64,000 nt of DNA, taken from NCBI GenBank assembly GCA_054600435.1, contig BAAIJX010000001.1:558001-622000 (forward strand). Reading direction: 5' to 3'. Below, one piece after another: positions 1 to 11,345 of this stretch. The translations under genes were made by a program, and so were the position numbers. Source of the DNA: Neophaeotheca triangularis. Lineage: Eukaryota. Each line of letters starts with the position of its first letter. Positions within the stretch are counted from its first letter, which is position 1. The notes beneath the pieces were generated by a model, which ran no database searches, was not told the origin of the DNA, and saw only the letters and a list, made by a program, of their open reading frames with translations.

Positions 1-677
1 CTTCACCAACCGGCCTCGTCCAAGAAGAAAGCCTCTGTTCAATCCGGCAACAGCACTTACGGCCTGCTCCTCCTTGGCATCAACCTCCTCTTCGACGGCC
101 TGACCAACTCAACCCAAGACGACATCTACGCCTCTTTCCGCCCCTACTCCGGCCAGCAGATGATGTGCGCTCTCAACATCATCTCCACCGCCATCACCTC
201 CACCTACCTGATGCTCTCCCCTTTCATCGCGCAAACGGGCATCGGACACTACGTCGGCATGGATCTCGCCAAGAGCGCAGGCGAGCTCAACGACGCCCTG
301 GCCTTTGTGCAGAAGCACCCGAGCGTCGGCTGGGACATCCTGGCCTTTGCCGCTTGCGGCGCCGTGGGGCAGCTGTTCATTTGTAAGTTGCCAACTCCCC
401 TTTTCGCCTCCCACCTCCCCCTTCCGACGATGCGTTCTGACAGTCTCCATCCCCAGTCTACACGCTCTCCAAGTTCGGCAGCCTGCTGCTCGTAACCGTC
501 ACAGTGACGCGGAAAATGTTCACCATGATCTTGTCGGTCGTCTGGTTCGGACACACGCTGAGTTTGATGCAATGGCTTGGCGTCGGTTTGGTGTTTGGGG
601 GCATTGGGGTTGAAGCGCAGCTTAGCAAGCAGGAGAAGGCGGCCAAGGAGGCTGCGAAGCGGAAGCAGAAGAGTTGA
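1..677 (+). CDS. HUT1: UDP-galactose transporter homolog (SLC35B1/HUT1 family), 3' part; intron 383-456
   Basis: Spliced reading gives [20 protein letters not shown]...[45 protein letters not shown], typical of UAA transporters. GTAAGT donor at 383, CAG acceptor at 456, TGA at 675-677, Lys-rich C-terminus. Confidence 0.9.
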
Positions 678-1391
678 AGTGGACTACCTGAGTATGGATT
701 GGAGAGGCAGGGAGAGATGGCTGTGATTGCGAAAGATAGGGGTCCATAAAGAGCGAGGGATAGATTGATAGATGGCGCCGGTCGCCGTTGGCGTGGGAAG
801 AGGCCTAGTCAGGCACATCTAAAAGCCTTGGCTGAAACTACTTCTCTAAGAAACGAAGCTTGCTTCGCAAGTTGAAAAAAAAAAAAAAACGCATCCGCTT
901 CGCAACCAGCCAGAGTGCCGTGATCCAAAAAGAGAAAAAGAAAACGAACCCGACCCTAATCCAAGCGTACCCAAACCAATCCACGCTCGACGCGCCCCTT
1001 TTAATGCCAATCAAAATCTTCAACCCCCGTCCCCGATTCAAATTCGTCCTAAAGCCCTCACCTCACCTCCCCATCATCTTCAAGGGGGGAAAAGACTTGA
1101 GGCCCTCCCCGCCACCCAGATACTTTCCACTAAAACATCTCCCTCTTCACCCTCGTCCCCCGACCCTCCCCCCCCTGAAGCCTCGAACCGCCCGCCACAC
1201 CGCGAAAAGCGTCGAAACCGTCGTTAGTGTAAAGGTTCAAAGGGACGTGAGAAGCGGGCGTCGCTTGCCGGAAGCTGCAGGCGAGGAGGCATTGATGAGA
1301 AAACCACGTCAACAGCGAGCCGCGCCGCGTAGCTACAGCGCGGCCTCCCCTTTCCAACCCCCAACCTCGCGACTTCGCGCATCAGCCAATC

Positions 1392-1637
1392 TCACGAATA
1401 AGCAAGCGTGCTTCCCGTCCTCGTTTGCGGTACGTATCCATACACTGCGCCGATGGCTTCCTGGTTCCGGGCTCTCACGTCGCGCATGTACGCCAGCTGT
1501 GTCGCGTGCGTTTCGGCGTTGTGGTTGGCTGGCGCTTTTTGCGGGAAGAAGAAGTGCGTTGCTGCCCAGCTGACGAAGACGAAGGCGAAGGCGCCGAGGA
1601 TGACGAGGAAGACGACTGCCGTGTGGTCTATTGCCAT
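1392..1637 (-). CDS. small single-pass membrane protein (81 aa), unknown function
   Basis: ATG at 1637 (GCAATGG context) gives MAIDHTAVVFLVILGAFAFVFVSWAATHFFF, one TM helix, followed by a polar tail with QLAYMRDVRARNQ. Confidence 0.6.
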   Translation of the reverse strand: MAIDHTAVVFLVILGAFAFVFVSWAATHFFFPQKAPANHNAETHATQLAYMRDVRARNQEAIGAVYGYVPQTRTGSTLAYS

Positions 1638-2449
1638 TGCCGGGGTGGTGGTGGTGTGGGTGGTTTTGATGCTGCTACTACGCGAGGAATGCTCTCGGGG
1701 GGGGTGGGGGGGGTTCGGATGCGCCTTGAGGTTGGGGGATGGTGGGCGGAGTATGGTCGTTGTCTTGGGTGGAGTTTGGAGTGAAGCGCGATTTGTACGT
1801 GTCTCTCGAATCGTCTTGGTCAAGGGGTCGAGGCGCAGCAAGATGCCTGCGCGGCCTTGATCTGTCGCACCCCGAGTGTTTTGATCGCAATGCAGTGGGT
1901 ACGAGTCTGGACGGTGTTCGACGACTGCCAACCAATTCAAACTAGCTTCCAAGCTGGATTAAGGTGCCCTGCATGTATCTTCCTAAGATGATGTTACCAA
2001 GCTCTTGCTAGTTAATGTATGCCTACACAAGCAAATGATGTAGTGGCAATCAGGGCGGATCGAAGGGACAAACAGGGAGCAAGCATAGTTAAACAGAAAG
2101 AGCAGCTTTCCGGCGCTCTGTTCTTGTTGTCGCGCCTGACCAACCATTATCGTTGGCGACGCAGAAAGGGCTACTTTACCTCGCCGGCATTGTCGTTACT
2201 ACAGAAACCCCCCCTTTACCTGTCTACGTCCAGCCTGAGTTCTTTCCAAGTGCGGCAATATTGAAGAGTCCAACGACCCCGAGCCATTGATGCGCATGCT
2301 CGGCCACATAACGAAGACGTGTAGTCGGAAAAGACAAGATTCAAGAGTGAGCACTGAATGTAAGAACTCTGCAGACTATGTGTTGCCACTGGTAAGAGGT
2401 AGAGGTAAGAGACGGTGAGTTGAAGTCTTGACAGTCGACACAGTCTCCC

Positions 2450-2474
2450 TATATATATATATATATATATATAT
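2450..2474. repeat. (TA)n microsatellite
   Basis: Uninterrupted tatatata run. Confidence 0.9.
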
Positions 2475-2619
2475 ACAAACATTCTTGGCAGCGAGTGAAC
2501 ACCTCCGCCCCACTCCACATGCTTGATCAGCCCCTCCAACCTAACCTTCAGCCCACCAAGGTACCTCTCCAATGGAACTCTCCAACCAAGAAACCCAAAC
2601 CACCACCCATAAAACAAAA

Positions 2620-2967
2620 ATGTCCACCCCTCAAACCGGCCACTGCCACTGCGGCCTCATAACCATCACCATCCCTTCCAAACCCACCCAATACAACGCC
2701 TGCCGCTGCACCATCTGCCACGCTTACGGCGCCTGGTGGTCCTACTACAACCCCGCCGACGTCAACGTCGACATCGCCGACGGCGGCGAGCGCGCGACCT
2801 ACCAGTGCAATGCCAAAGTGCAGGATTTTTGTCGGTGCGCGCGTTGCGGGAGTGTGTATAGTTGGGAGAGACATGGGAGCGGTGCTGAGAGGATGGGGGT
2901 GAATATGAGGATGTTTGCTAAGGAGGTTTGGGAGGGGGCGACTATGGAGGCGGGTGCGGGACCTTGA
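2620..2967 (+). CDS. GFA/CENP-V (Mss4-like) zinc-binding protein, glutathione-dependent formaldehyde-activating enzyme family
   Basis: GHCHCG...CRCTIC...FCRCARCG Cys pattern and C-terminal MGVNMRM. ATG preceded by AAAA. Confidence 0.85.
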   Translation: MSTPQTGHCHCGLITITIPSKPTQYNACRCTICHAYGAWWSYYNPADVNVDIADGGERATYQCNAKVQDFCRCARCGSVYSWERHGSGAERMGVNMRMFAKEVWEGATMEAGAGP

Positions 2968-3185
2968 TGCGTTTGATCGTCGTGATGGTGGGGTGGGGGG
3001 TGGAGGAGTTGGTGGATATTTAGTAGGAGAGAGCTAGGCACTGTCGGTTGCTGGCAGGAGAAAAGATGCACCATGTGATTAATACGGACACCTATGTATT
3101 GGGTGCTTCTGCCCCGAGAGACCACAGACCGCGTGGCCTGCTGGAAACGAGTATAAGCGATTCGGCTGCACTAAGCCAACCTCTC

Positions 3186-5832
3186 TCACTTCAACGACTC
3201 ATCCCTCGTCACGGCCAGGAACGTTAAACTCCACAACTGCTGGATATCTGTGGTTCGGCATTAGCATAACACACCACCCACCTACCGAGACGAAACTCAA
3301 GGGGGGAAAAGTCAACTCACTACTCTCCGTGGCCCCAAAAGCCCCCAAAGGCCTAACTTGAAAGTCACCATCCTCATAAACCCAACTCCAAACTTCGTTC
3401 CCCAAATTCGCGCGATTTGCCTCGATTACATCCCAAAGCCCATTGTAAGCGGCCAACACATTCGCAAACACTGCATCGTCACGACAAAACGCCGGCGCGG
3501 CCTCGGCGTCCGAGCACCGCCCCAACTGTCTCTCCAGCCCCCTGGCCATCATAGCCATCTGCCAGCTCCACACCACAGTCCCGTGGTAATCGGCGTTGGT
3601 GAAATTGCGCGCATACACGGCATTCCCTCCGTAAGCGGGATTGGCGACCACGAGCCCGACAGGCGTGCTCAGACCCGCCGGGAACGGACGACGGAGGTTC
3701 GTGGCCGATTGGTTCAGGAAGGCCGTCAGCTGGCCTTGGTCGTCGCTGCCGTTGACGAAGAAGAGCCGGAAGCAGTCGTCCGTGTTCATCACTCTCACCA
3801 CGTCCTGGTCGTTGTTGCCTTGGAGCGCAACAGCGTGGTAAGTGACATCTGAGTCGATTTGTTCGGCGTTGGAGGGGAAGTTTAGGGAGTTGTCGGCTGT
3901 GTAGGCGGCTACGAGGGCGCGGGCTTCGGCTTCTGGGACGCTGACTTGGAAGAAGGCGATGGTGGAGTCTTCCCAGATTTGTGCCCGTGTCGCTGCTAGC
4001 TGGGCCCACTCGGAGTGAGAGGGGTAGAGTCCCGCTGCGGCCAGGGAGGCGATGGAGCGGAGTGCGGCGGGTACGAGGGCCGTGTTGACGCTGTAGGGGA
4101 TCTGGTAGGTTCACATCAGTGGGCGTACAACAAGTGCATATGAGGGTGAGGGACGACTAACCCGGCCTCCGCCTAGGCCGTAGGTGCTATCCCGCCACTC
4201 GCCCACGATCTCGCCTTCCTTGAGACGGATCAGGTTGTCTCTAGTCTGGCCACCGGGCTGTGCAAAGGCAGCGGTGATGTTCATGATCCTTTCCGCGCTT
4301 AGAGCCGCGAGGTCGACGTACGTGAGACCGGCATTGTCGGGGTTGAGAGTGGCCTGCTGCTGCAAGAAATCTTCGAGCCGTTCCCCTCCCGTTGACGTCT
4401 GGAGAAAGTAGCTCTCCATGAGTACCGGCAGGTAGAAATCCGAGTCAATCATTTTGTAGTCGTAGATTGGCGCCGTACTCGTAACATTGTTTTGCAAATG
4501 CAAGTACGTGGCGTAATCGCCGATGGTCTCTTCGTGAGCAGTCGAGCCATCGGTGCGGTTGATGCGTTCGAGTACAGCGCCAATAACCGCTTCCAGAGCA
4601 CCGCCTTCGCCTTCCGAGAGGATAGGCTGCATCAGTAGAGCGCTGATCATGCTGTCTCTGCCAAAGTATGTGAGAAAGCGCCATGCTCCTGCCAGTAATT
4701 TCGAAGAGTAAGACAAGAAGGACAGAGCCTTCGTTTCATCAGGGTACTGCGCGATCAGATGCTGCGACTGCTCATTCAGCACCTCGCCAGCGGTGAGCTG
4801 CCGCAGCTGTGGAGGATAGTTGGTCGTCGCAGTGATGTTGTAAGTTCCCGCCGACAAAACTATCTTCGCGTTGACAAGGTTCACGAAGCCCTCTGTGCCA
4901 TGCGGAATGATAGACATGTCCGTGTTAGTTACGTTGTCGTACCAGGCTCTGTTGGCAGTGGTTTCCCCCAAGGTATCGAATCGGAACCCGATGGGTTGCT
5001 CCGTCTCGTCACGCAGACTTGGATCCCCTTCGGTCACGTCCCGTATACTTCGTATACTTCCGAGAACTGTGGCGCTCAGCTCGGCCGAGGCGTTGAACTC
5101 GACCAAGACGCTGACGCCGTAGCGTGCATCTGCCGCTCCGTATTGGGGAGTAAAAGCGCTTGCGACGGGTTGGTTGTCGGTTCCGTTGACAATTCGGATC
5201 CCCAGAGTGCCTTTGTCGCCATTGCGGGGCGCGAAGAAGCCTGCGGCGCCTGAGTTTCCGGACGGCCAGGCGAAGATTAGTCGTGGCGTGATGAGTGTTA
5301 GGTTGCTGTCGGGGAGGGGGCTGGTGATGATGACTTGGTTGACGTCGTGGCAGTCTGAGTAGAAATAATTTTCGTATGGTGGGTCGCTCAGGTGCAAGGT
5401 CGTCGGCGTCTCGACGCACGGGGGGACGGTGGGAATGCTTGGGGTTGGGTAGAGTGGGAAGGAGGCTGACGAAGAGACAACGACAGAGGCAGGTGACGAG
5501 ACGGTGGTGAAGGTCGAGCTAGCGGTGGAAAACGTCGTGGACGAGGAGCCTGCCGGACTACTTTGCGTGCCGGAAGAAGCAGGATGGATCAGACTGTTGT
5601 GTTCGTTGCAGGAGTATTCGCTTGGAAGATAGCAGTCCGGGCCACAACGCAGAGTTGGCTCGCCTTCAAGCACCGGACACAAAAAGTCTCCGTCGTAGCA
5701 TGTATACTTCAAAGGTTGGTACAAAGCTTCGCCACAAGCTTCGAGGGCATAAGAAGACGGCGCCAATACACTGACAAGCAACGAAACGGAGGGGAGCAAG
5801 GGCAATGTCCGAAAGCAATTGAGACGGCTCAT
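3186..5832 (-). CDS. secreted protein: signal peptide + CBM52-like module + Ser/Thr linker + glycogen-debranching-like (alpha/alpha)6 glycosidase; introns 4102-4161 and 3248-3320
   Basis: Hydrophobic N-terminus. Cys motif CGEALY..YTCYDGDFLCP....TLRCGPDCY..SEYSC, then an S/T linker. Conserved AGAWRFLTYFGRDS, EETIGDY, GGGR|IPYSVNTALVPAALR, YHGTVVWSWQ and SN|IQQLWSLTFL join in frame across GT-AG introns. Confidence 0.8.
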
Positions 5833-6706
5833 CTCGAACGTGGGAAGGAGTTTTGTTGGACGCTTTCATAAGCTTGCGACTTGTTACATTGAGCAGGCCG
5901 CGGATTTCCTCTTGTATTTGTATAACAGTCGCCTGCACTAAGAGTGAGAAACATTGGCAATACGAGCATCGTCATGCCGCTGAGCTGGATTGGGTGAAGC
6001 GAGGGGCTTTCAAGATACTTTTGCGTTTATGAGGACACCTCACGCGAGAGGGCGTGCGGGGTGAAGTGGGCGCAGCAAACACCAGGTACTACGGCGTCTG
6101 GCTGCGTACGAAGAGGGAAAGGAGAACGCAGAACCACGTTTCCGCAAACTCAATTGCCATAGGATAGTGATGGACAGCCGAGAAGGATGCGCTTGTGTAC
6201 AGAATCGATAGATGTTTTTGCTAGACACGTCACACCAGTGCCCAAAGCTGAGGAAAGCTCACAGAAATGCTCGGCTGCATGCAACAAGCCATCCTTCTAT
6301 ACCAACGCGAGCTTTTGTGAGGCGACTGTCACCCATGGCTTGACTGAAGTACCTCTACATTACAATCCGCATGCGAGGGCACGGCTGCAATCACCTTTTC
6401 GAACAGGACGTCCACTATGCATAAGCTGCATCCGATGCGTGTCGCCCGAAGCTCAGGCAGGTGCAAAAGTTATGACGCGATTTCAGCTGGCACCCCGTGA
6501 TTTTTTCCCGGCGCTCGAGCTGCGGAGCGTGTAGATTCCCCAGGCGTGTAGACTGTGGCAACTGGCCTCAAAAGCCCCCTTTGGCGTATCATTGGCAGTG
6601 TCCAAATTGAGCCGCTCATGGCTCCGCTGCGGAGTTGAAGGCAAGACTGGCAAAGGCCCGCAGAAAGGCATGGGACATTACAGCCTCGTAGAGTGCTCTC
6701 AACCGC

Positions 6707-7822
6707 TCAGTTAAAGACAACAGTCTTGTGTCCATTCAACAGCACCCTATGCTCGCTAACCCATTTCACGGCTGTAGCCAGGACATTGCTCTCAACGTTG
6801 CTTCCCTCTTGGGTCAGCTCCTTGGGGTTCTGCGCATGGTTGACTCTCCTCACATTCTGCTCGATGATGGGTCCTTCATCCAGGTCAGATGTCACAAAGT
6901 GTGCAGTAGCTCCAATGATTTTGACACCTCTATCGTAGGCTTGGTGATACGGTTTAGCGCCCTTGAAAGATGGTAGGAACGAATGATGGATGTTGATGAT
7001 CCTTCCAGACATCAGGTTGCAAAGCGAGGGCGAGAGGATTTGCATGTAGCGAGCCAGCACTACAAGGTCGATATTACTGTCCTTGCAGAGGTCGACGATC
7101 CTTTGCTCTTGGTCGGCTTTGGTCTCCGGCGTGACGGGCAGGTGGTAGAATGGGATGCCGTAAGACTTTGCTAGGGGCTCGTAGTCCGGGTGGTTGGAAA
7201 CAATGAGCGGTATCTCGATTGCCAACTGGCCGGTCGATTGGCGGAAGAGCAAGTCGTTTAAGCAGTGACCGATCTTGGAGACCATGATCATGACGCGAGG
7301 CTTCTGGGCGACCGACTTGAAGGAGAAGTCCATTGACATTTCCTTGGCGGTCTCGCCGAACGCTTGCTCCATCTGCTTGACATCGACCTGGTTGCCGGCG
7401 GCGCCTTCGGCATCAGCTGCGGATGGACCAAAGTGTACACGCAGGAAAAAGCGCTTCGACGTGGGGTCTCCAAACTGCTGCGAGTCCAGGATGTTCTGGC
7501 GATGCTTTGAGAGGAAGCCGGTCACAGCATGAACAATTCCAGACCGGTCCGGGCAGGAGATTGTCAGGATGTATTCGTCCTGGTTGGCCTTGGACATCTT
7601 GGGCTTCCTCGAGGATAATGAGCGGAGTTGGGTGGTTGTCTTGGTTGGGCCTTTGAACGCCGTCGGGCAGTGTCTTTTCCAGACTGGCGCTCCCTGGAAG
7701 TATGCAGTACGCGGGCGAGCGGCGGGCGCAAGTGATGAGTGATGGGCTCTGGAGAGGATTGTGCGCGTCCAGGAGCGGTCAAATACCTCGCAACCGATAC
7801 GTACTCTTGGTAGGAGGTTCAT
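6707..7822 (-). CDS. purU: formyltetrahydrofolate deformylase (second in-frame ATG at 7597)
   Basis: ACT domain ILTISCPDRSGIVHAVT, plus MVSKIGHCLNDLL, LARYMQILS, INIHHSFLPSFKGAKPYHQAYDRGVKIIGATAHFVTSDLDEGPIIEQ. Confidence 0.95.
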   Translation of the reverse strand: MNLLPRVRIGCEVFDRSWTRTILSRAHHSSLAPAARPRTAYFQGAPVWKRHCPTAFKGPTKTTTQLRSLSSRKPKMSKANQDEYILTISCPDRSGIVHAVTGFLSKHRQNILDSQQFGDPTSKRFFLRVHFGPSAADAEGAAGNQVDVKQMEQAFGETAKEMSMDFSFKSVAQKPRVMIMVSKIGHCLNDLLFRQSTGQLAIEIPLIVSNHPDYEPLAKSYGIPFYHLPVTPETKADQEQRIVDLCKDSNIDLVVLARYMQILSPSLCNLMSGRIINIHHSFLPSFKGAKPYHQAYDRGVKIIGATAHFVTSDLDEGPIIEQNVRRVNHAQNPKELTQEGSNVESNVLATAVKWVSEHRVLLNGHKTVVFN

Positions 7823-8082
7823 ACTGGTACTATGTTGGCTGCAGGTGCTACAGCTACTATTGACTGCATACAGCGTGACTACTAACTAAGGGGTGAAATT
7901 TCTAGATGAGGATGTTATTGAGCGCCGATGTCGGTCCAGGACTGCCAGCCGAGTTGCTAGTCTTGGCACGGCTTTGTCGTCTTTCCAGGTTCGGCTGTCA
8001 CGTTCAGGTTGTTCGCCAACAGCAGCCTCCATCTATATTCACGGTAACATAAGGTCATTCCCATATACACACCGCGTCATAT

Positions 8083-9106
8083 CTACAAGCTCCTCTCCAA
8101 TTGAAGGGCCTCTTCGACACCGTCCATAACCCACTTCTTTTGCGCGTCCGTCAGTTCCTGCAATGGTTTCCTCGGAACGCCGCCGTATCCGTACTCTTTC
8201 TCGATAGCATACTTGGTGCCAGCAATCGCCGTCTTGGTGAGCACCCAGTCGCCAGTACTCAGTACCTTCTGCATCTCCATGGCTTTTTCGTACTGGCCGT
8301 CCGCCCACAGGTTCCACACCTTTACACACAGCTTGGGGAGCACATTGGCACCACCAGCAATGATTCCACTCCCTCCCGAAGCCGCAGTCTGAATGGTGAA
8401 GTCTGCAATTCCGCCGTAGGCCATCCAACCGCTGCCGTTGGACTTGACCGACATGGCATTTGTGTGGCGCGCGACCCGCGTGAGCTTGCCGGTTTGACCG
8501 CACGTGAACCTACCGAGTCGTTAGCATTCATTCTACTAGCCTTTCCCGAACCGACACTAACTTCGCGCCGCAGACCTTGCCCTTGGTCGCATCTACAAGC
8601 CTGATCATGAAGTCCGAGTCCATGTCTACTCCACTGACAGCTCCTGGGTAGTTGTACAGAATGATCGGCAACGGGCTCTGTTCGGCCACAGCTGTGTAGT
8701 AATCGAATAGCATCGCTTCCGAGCTCTGAGCACGATAGTACGCCGGCGGCAGAATCAAGGTGTACTCGGCGCCAGCTGCGGCAGCTTCTTTGCTCATCTC
8801 GACCGTCAACTTGATCGAGTTCTCACTCGTACCGGCAATCACCGGCACGTTCTTGTAGCCTGCCTCGTCAAGTGCTTCTCTTGTGGCCCTGGTGACTGCC
8901 GTCTTCTCGTCACGCGTCATGTGGACAGCTTCGCCGTTGGACCCCATGGTAACGAGACCAACGAGGCCAGCCTGAGCGAGGCGGGCGGCGTGCTTCTTGA
9001 TGGTTGGGATGTCGAGTTCCTCGGATTGCTTGTCGAAGAAGGTCATGGTGGGTGCGTAGATGCCATGGCGCAGAGGCGTCCGGCTGGACGAACCGTTTGT
9101 TGCCAT
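8083..9106 (-). CDS. gaaC: L-threo-3-deoxy-hexulosonate (2-keto-3-deoxy-L-galactonate) aldolase, DHDPS family; intron 8510-8561
   Basis: GIYAPTMTFF, MGSNGEA, LYNYPGAVSGVDMDSD, Schiff-base Lys in GAK|FTCGQTGKLTRVA, and GGANV. Divergent from gaaA as in Aspergillus niger. Confidence 0.9.
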
Positions 9107-9554
9107 TTTGCTTTTAGGGTATGTATTGGCGTTTTGATCTTCAACTGTTGGCTGCAGTGTCTTGAGATATTCGTGTTGTGATATTCGTGTTGTCTTGGTC
9201 TTGGATGAGCAGTGGTGGAGAGAGAGAGAAAGCTGGGAAGAAGGAAGGGCAACAGAGTACGAGACGGACTACTTACGGGGCACGGCGACGGCGACGGGGG
9301 TTACGAGACGGAAGAAAAGCTGTCTACGGCGTCGATACCTCGTAGCACCAAGAGCATACTAGATACTAATATCCGACCAACCATGAGTCGACCTTTACCG
9401 GGGCGGGCCAAAAGATATCCATGACCGTCGTCTTGTATCAAAGGAAGCAGACGCCGAGTCGGTGTCTGCCCCACCATTAGGTAGCTTTCAGGAACAAAAG
9501 GCAGAAAGTCGACGGCAGCAGATTTCCGCCTATTCACTGGCGGAATCTCACTTT

Positions 9555-9563
9555 TCCACCAAT
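9555..9563 (+). promoter_or_regulatory. galacturonic-acid-responsive element (GARE, TCCNCCAAT; GaaR site) in the gaaC/gaaA bidirectional promoter
   Basis: Exact TCCACCAAT, about midway between the two ATGs (9106 and 10032). Confidence 0.8.
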
Positions 9564-9590
9564 CTGGTCTTGTCTTGAGCTGTGTGTGGC

Positions 9591-9629
9591 GTAGGTAGGG
9601 TAGGGGTAGGGGTAGGGTAGGGTAGGGTA
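9591..9629 (+). repeat. (TAGGG/TAGGGG)n G-rich tandem repeat, G-quadruplex-competent
   Basis: gtaggtagggtaggggtaggggtagggtagggtagggta: six runs of at least 3 G separated by TA. Confidence 0.85.
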
Positions 9630-10031
9630 CTAAGGTACTGCCGCGACGGCTTAATCATTTCTCCACATCCATTGTTGACATGGAGGGCTCGACATGCTTG
9701 ACTGCCCCTCAATTCGGCCGTCTCCATCAATGTTGTCGGCCTTTGCTTCAGGTTGACTACAGCTACCGTATGTACAGCTAACACCCTCTTTGCCTGTCCA
9801 CTATCCTCTTCATTCTTCTACTAACGTTAAATCTATCGAGCATCTTAACTAACCCTCACACTACCTAACTACCTCCTCTCTACACCACTCCGAGTGTCTA
9901 CCTACTAGTTCAAGCCGCATCACATTTGCTGGACCTTGGACGAGGCGCCTCAATCCAAAACTGCCCGGCTTTCTCATAATCACAACCTGAAGCTCCTCCC
10001 ATCGGCAATCGATTCACAAAAACTCGCAAAC

Positions 10032-11345
10032 ATGGCTCCCCTCCTCAATGTCTCCATGATAGGCAGTGGTGAATACACCTCTGGCTACACCGGCAATGCC
10101 ACCAAATCCGACAAGACAAAGGGCGTTGTCGCCCTGACCATGTTCGACCTGAGGCGGCGTGGAAAGGTCGGCAAGCTGAGCATAGCAGGCACATCTGGCT
10201 CCAAATTCCCAGCAATCCGCGAGCACTTTCAGAAGAACATTGCCGAAGACTACAATGGCCTCGACTGCACCTTCGAGTCGTTCCCAGGAGACAAGGATAA
10301 AGACCCGGAAGCCTACAAAAAGGCCATCGACGCCCTCTCCCCCGGCGACGCCATCACCATCTTCACCCCTGACCCTACCCACTACGACATCGCCCTCTAC
10401 GCCATCCGCAAAAAAGTGCACGTCATGATCACCAAGCCGGCCGTCAAGAAGCTCGCCGAGCACCAACACCTCATGGAAGAAGCGCGCAATAACAACGTCT
10501 TCGTCTACATCGAGCACCACAAGCGCTTCGACCCGGCCTACGCCGACGCCCGCAACCGCGCCGTCAAAGGCGGCCTGGGCGACTTCAACTACTTCTACTC
10601 GTACATGTCGCAGCCCAAGTCGCAGCTCGAGACGTTCAAGGCCTGGGCCGGCAAGGACAGCGACATCAGCTACTACCTCAACAGCCACCACATCGACATC
10701 AACGAGTCCATGGTGCCCGACTACCGGCCCACGAGGGTCACGGCGTCGGCGAGCACGGGCATCGCTCAGGGTCTCGGCTGCGATCCATCGACCGAGGACA
10801 CCATCACTCTCCTCGTCGACTGGGAGCAGAAGAACGGTGGCGGCAAGAGGGCGAGGGGCGTCTACACTGCTTCGTGGACCGCGCCGCAGAAGGCTGGGGT
10901 GCACAGCAACCAGTACTTCCATTTCATGGGCTCCAAGGCCGAAGTCCGCATCAACCAAGCGAAACGCGGCTACGAGCTCGGCGACGATGGCGACAACGGT
11001 TTGCACTACACCAACCCCTTTTACATGGTAAGTGCTGCCCAAGAACCATAACACCCAAAGAGTATAAACAGACGCTAACATAACTTGCAGAAATACGCGC
11101 CCGACGAAGAAGGCAATTTCGCCGGCCAGGGCGGTTACGGCTATGTGTCTTTCGAGAAATTCGTCGATGCCATTGCCGCTCTCAAGGACGGCCGGGCTTC
11201 TTTGGACGATTTGGATAAGAGAGGGCTGCCGACTTTGGCAAACACTATTGCGACGGGCGCGATCCTCGAGGCCGGCAGGAGGAGTATAGATGAGAATAGG
11301 CCTGTTGAGATTGTCTCCGAGGGTAGCAGCTGGAGCTTGAAGTAG
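10032..11345 (+). CDS. gaaA: D-galacturonate reductase (Gfo/Idh/MocA-type NAD(P)H oxidoreductase); intron 11028-11090
   Basis: MIGSGEYTSG..FDLRRRGKVG, AITIFTPDPTHY, YIEHHKRFDPAY and YMSQPKSQLETFKAWAGKDSDISYYLNSHH match A. niger GaaA as recalled. Confidence 0.92.

Noticed and set aside
860..1573. 237-aa plus-strand ORF starting with poly-Lys
   Set aside because: Built from a poly-A run and C-rich 3' UTR-like sequence; no ATG start; overlaps the better minus-strand ORF.
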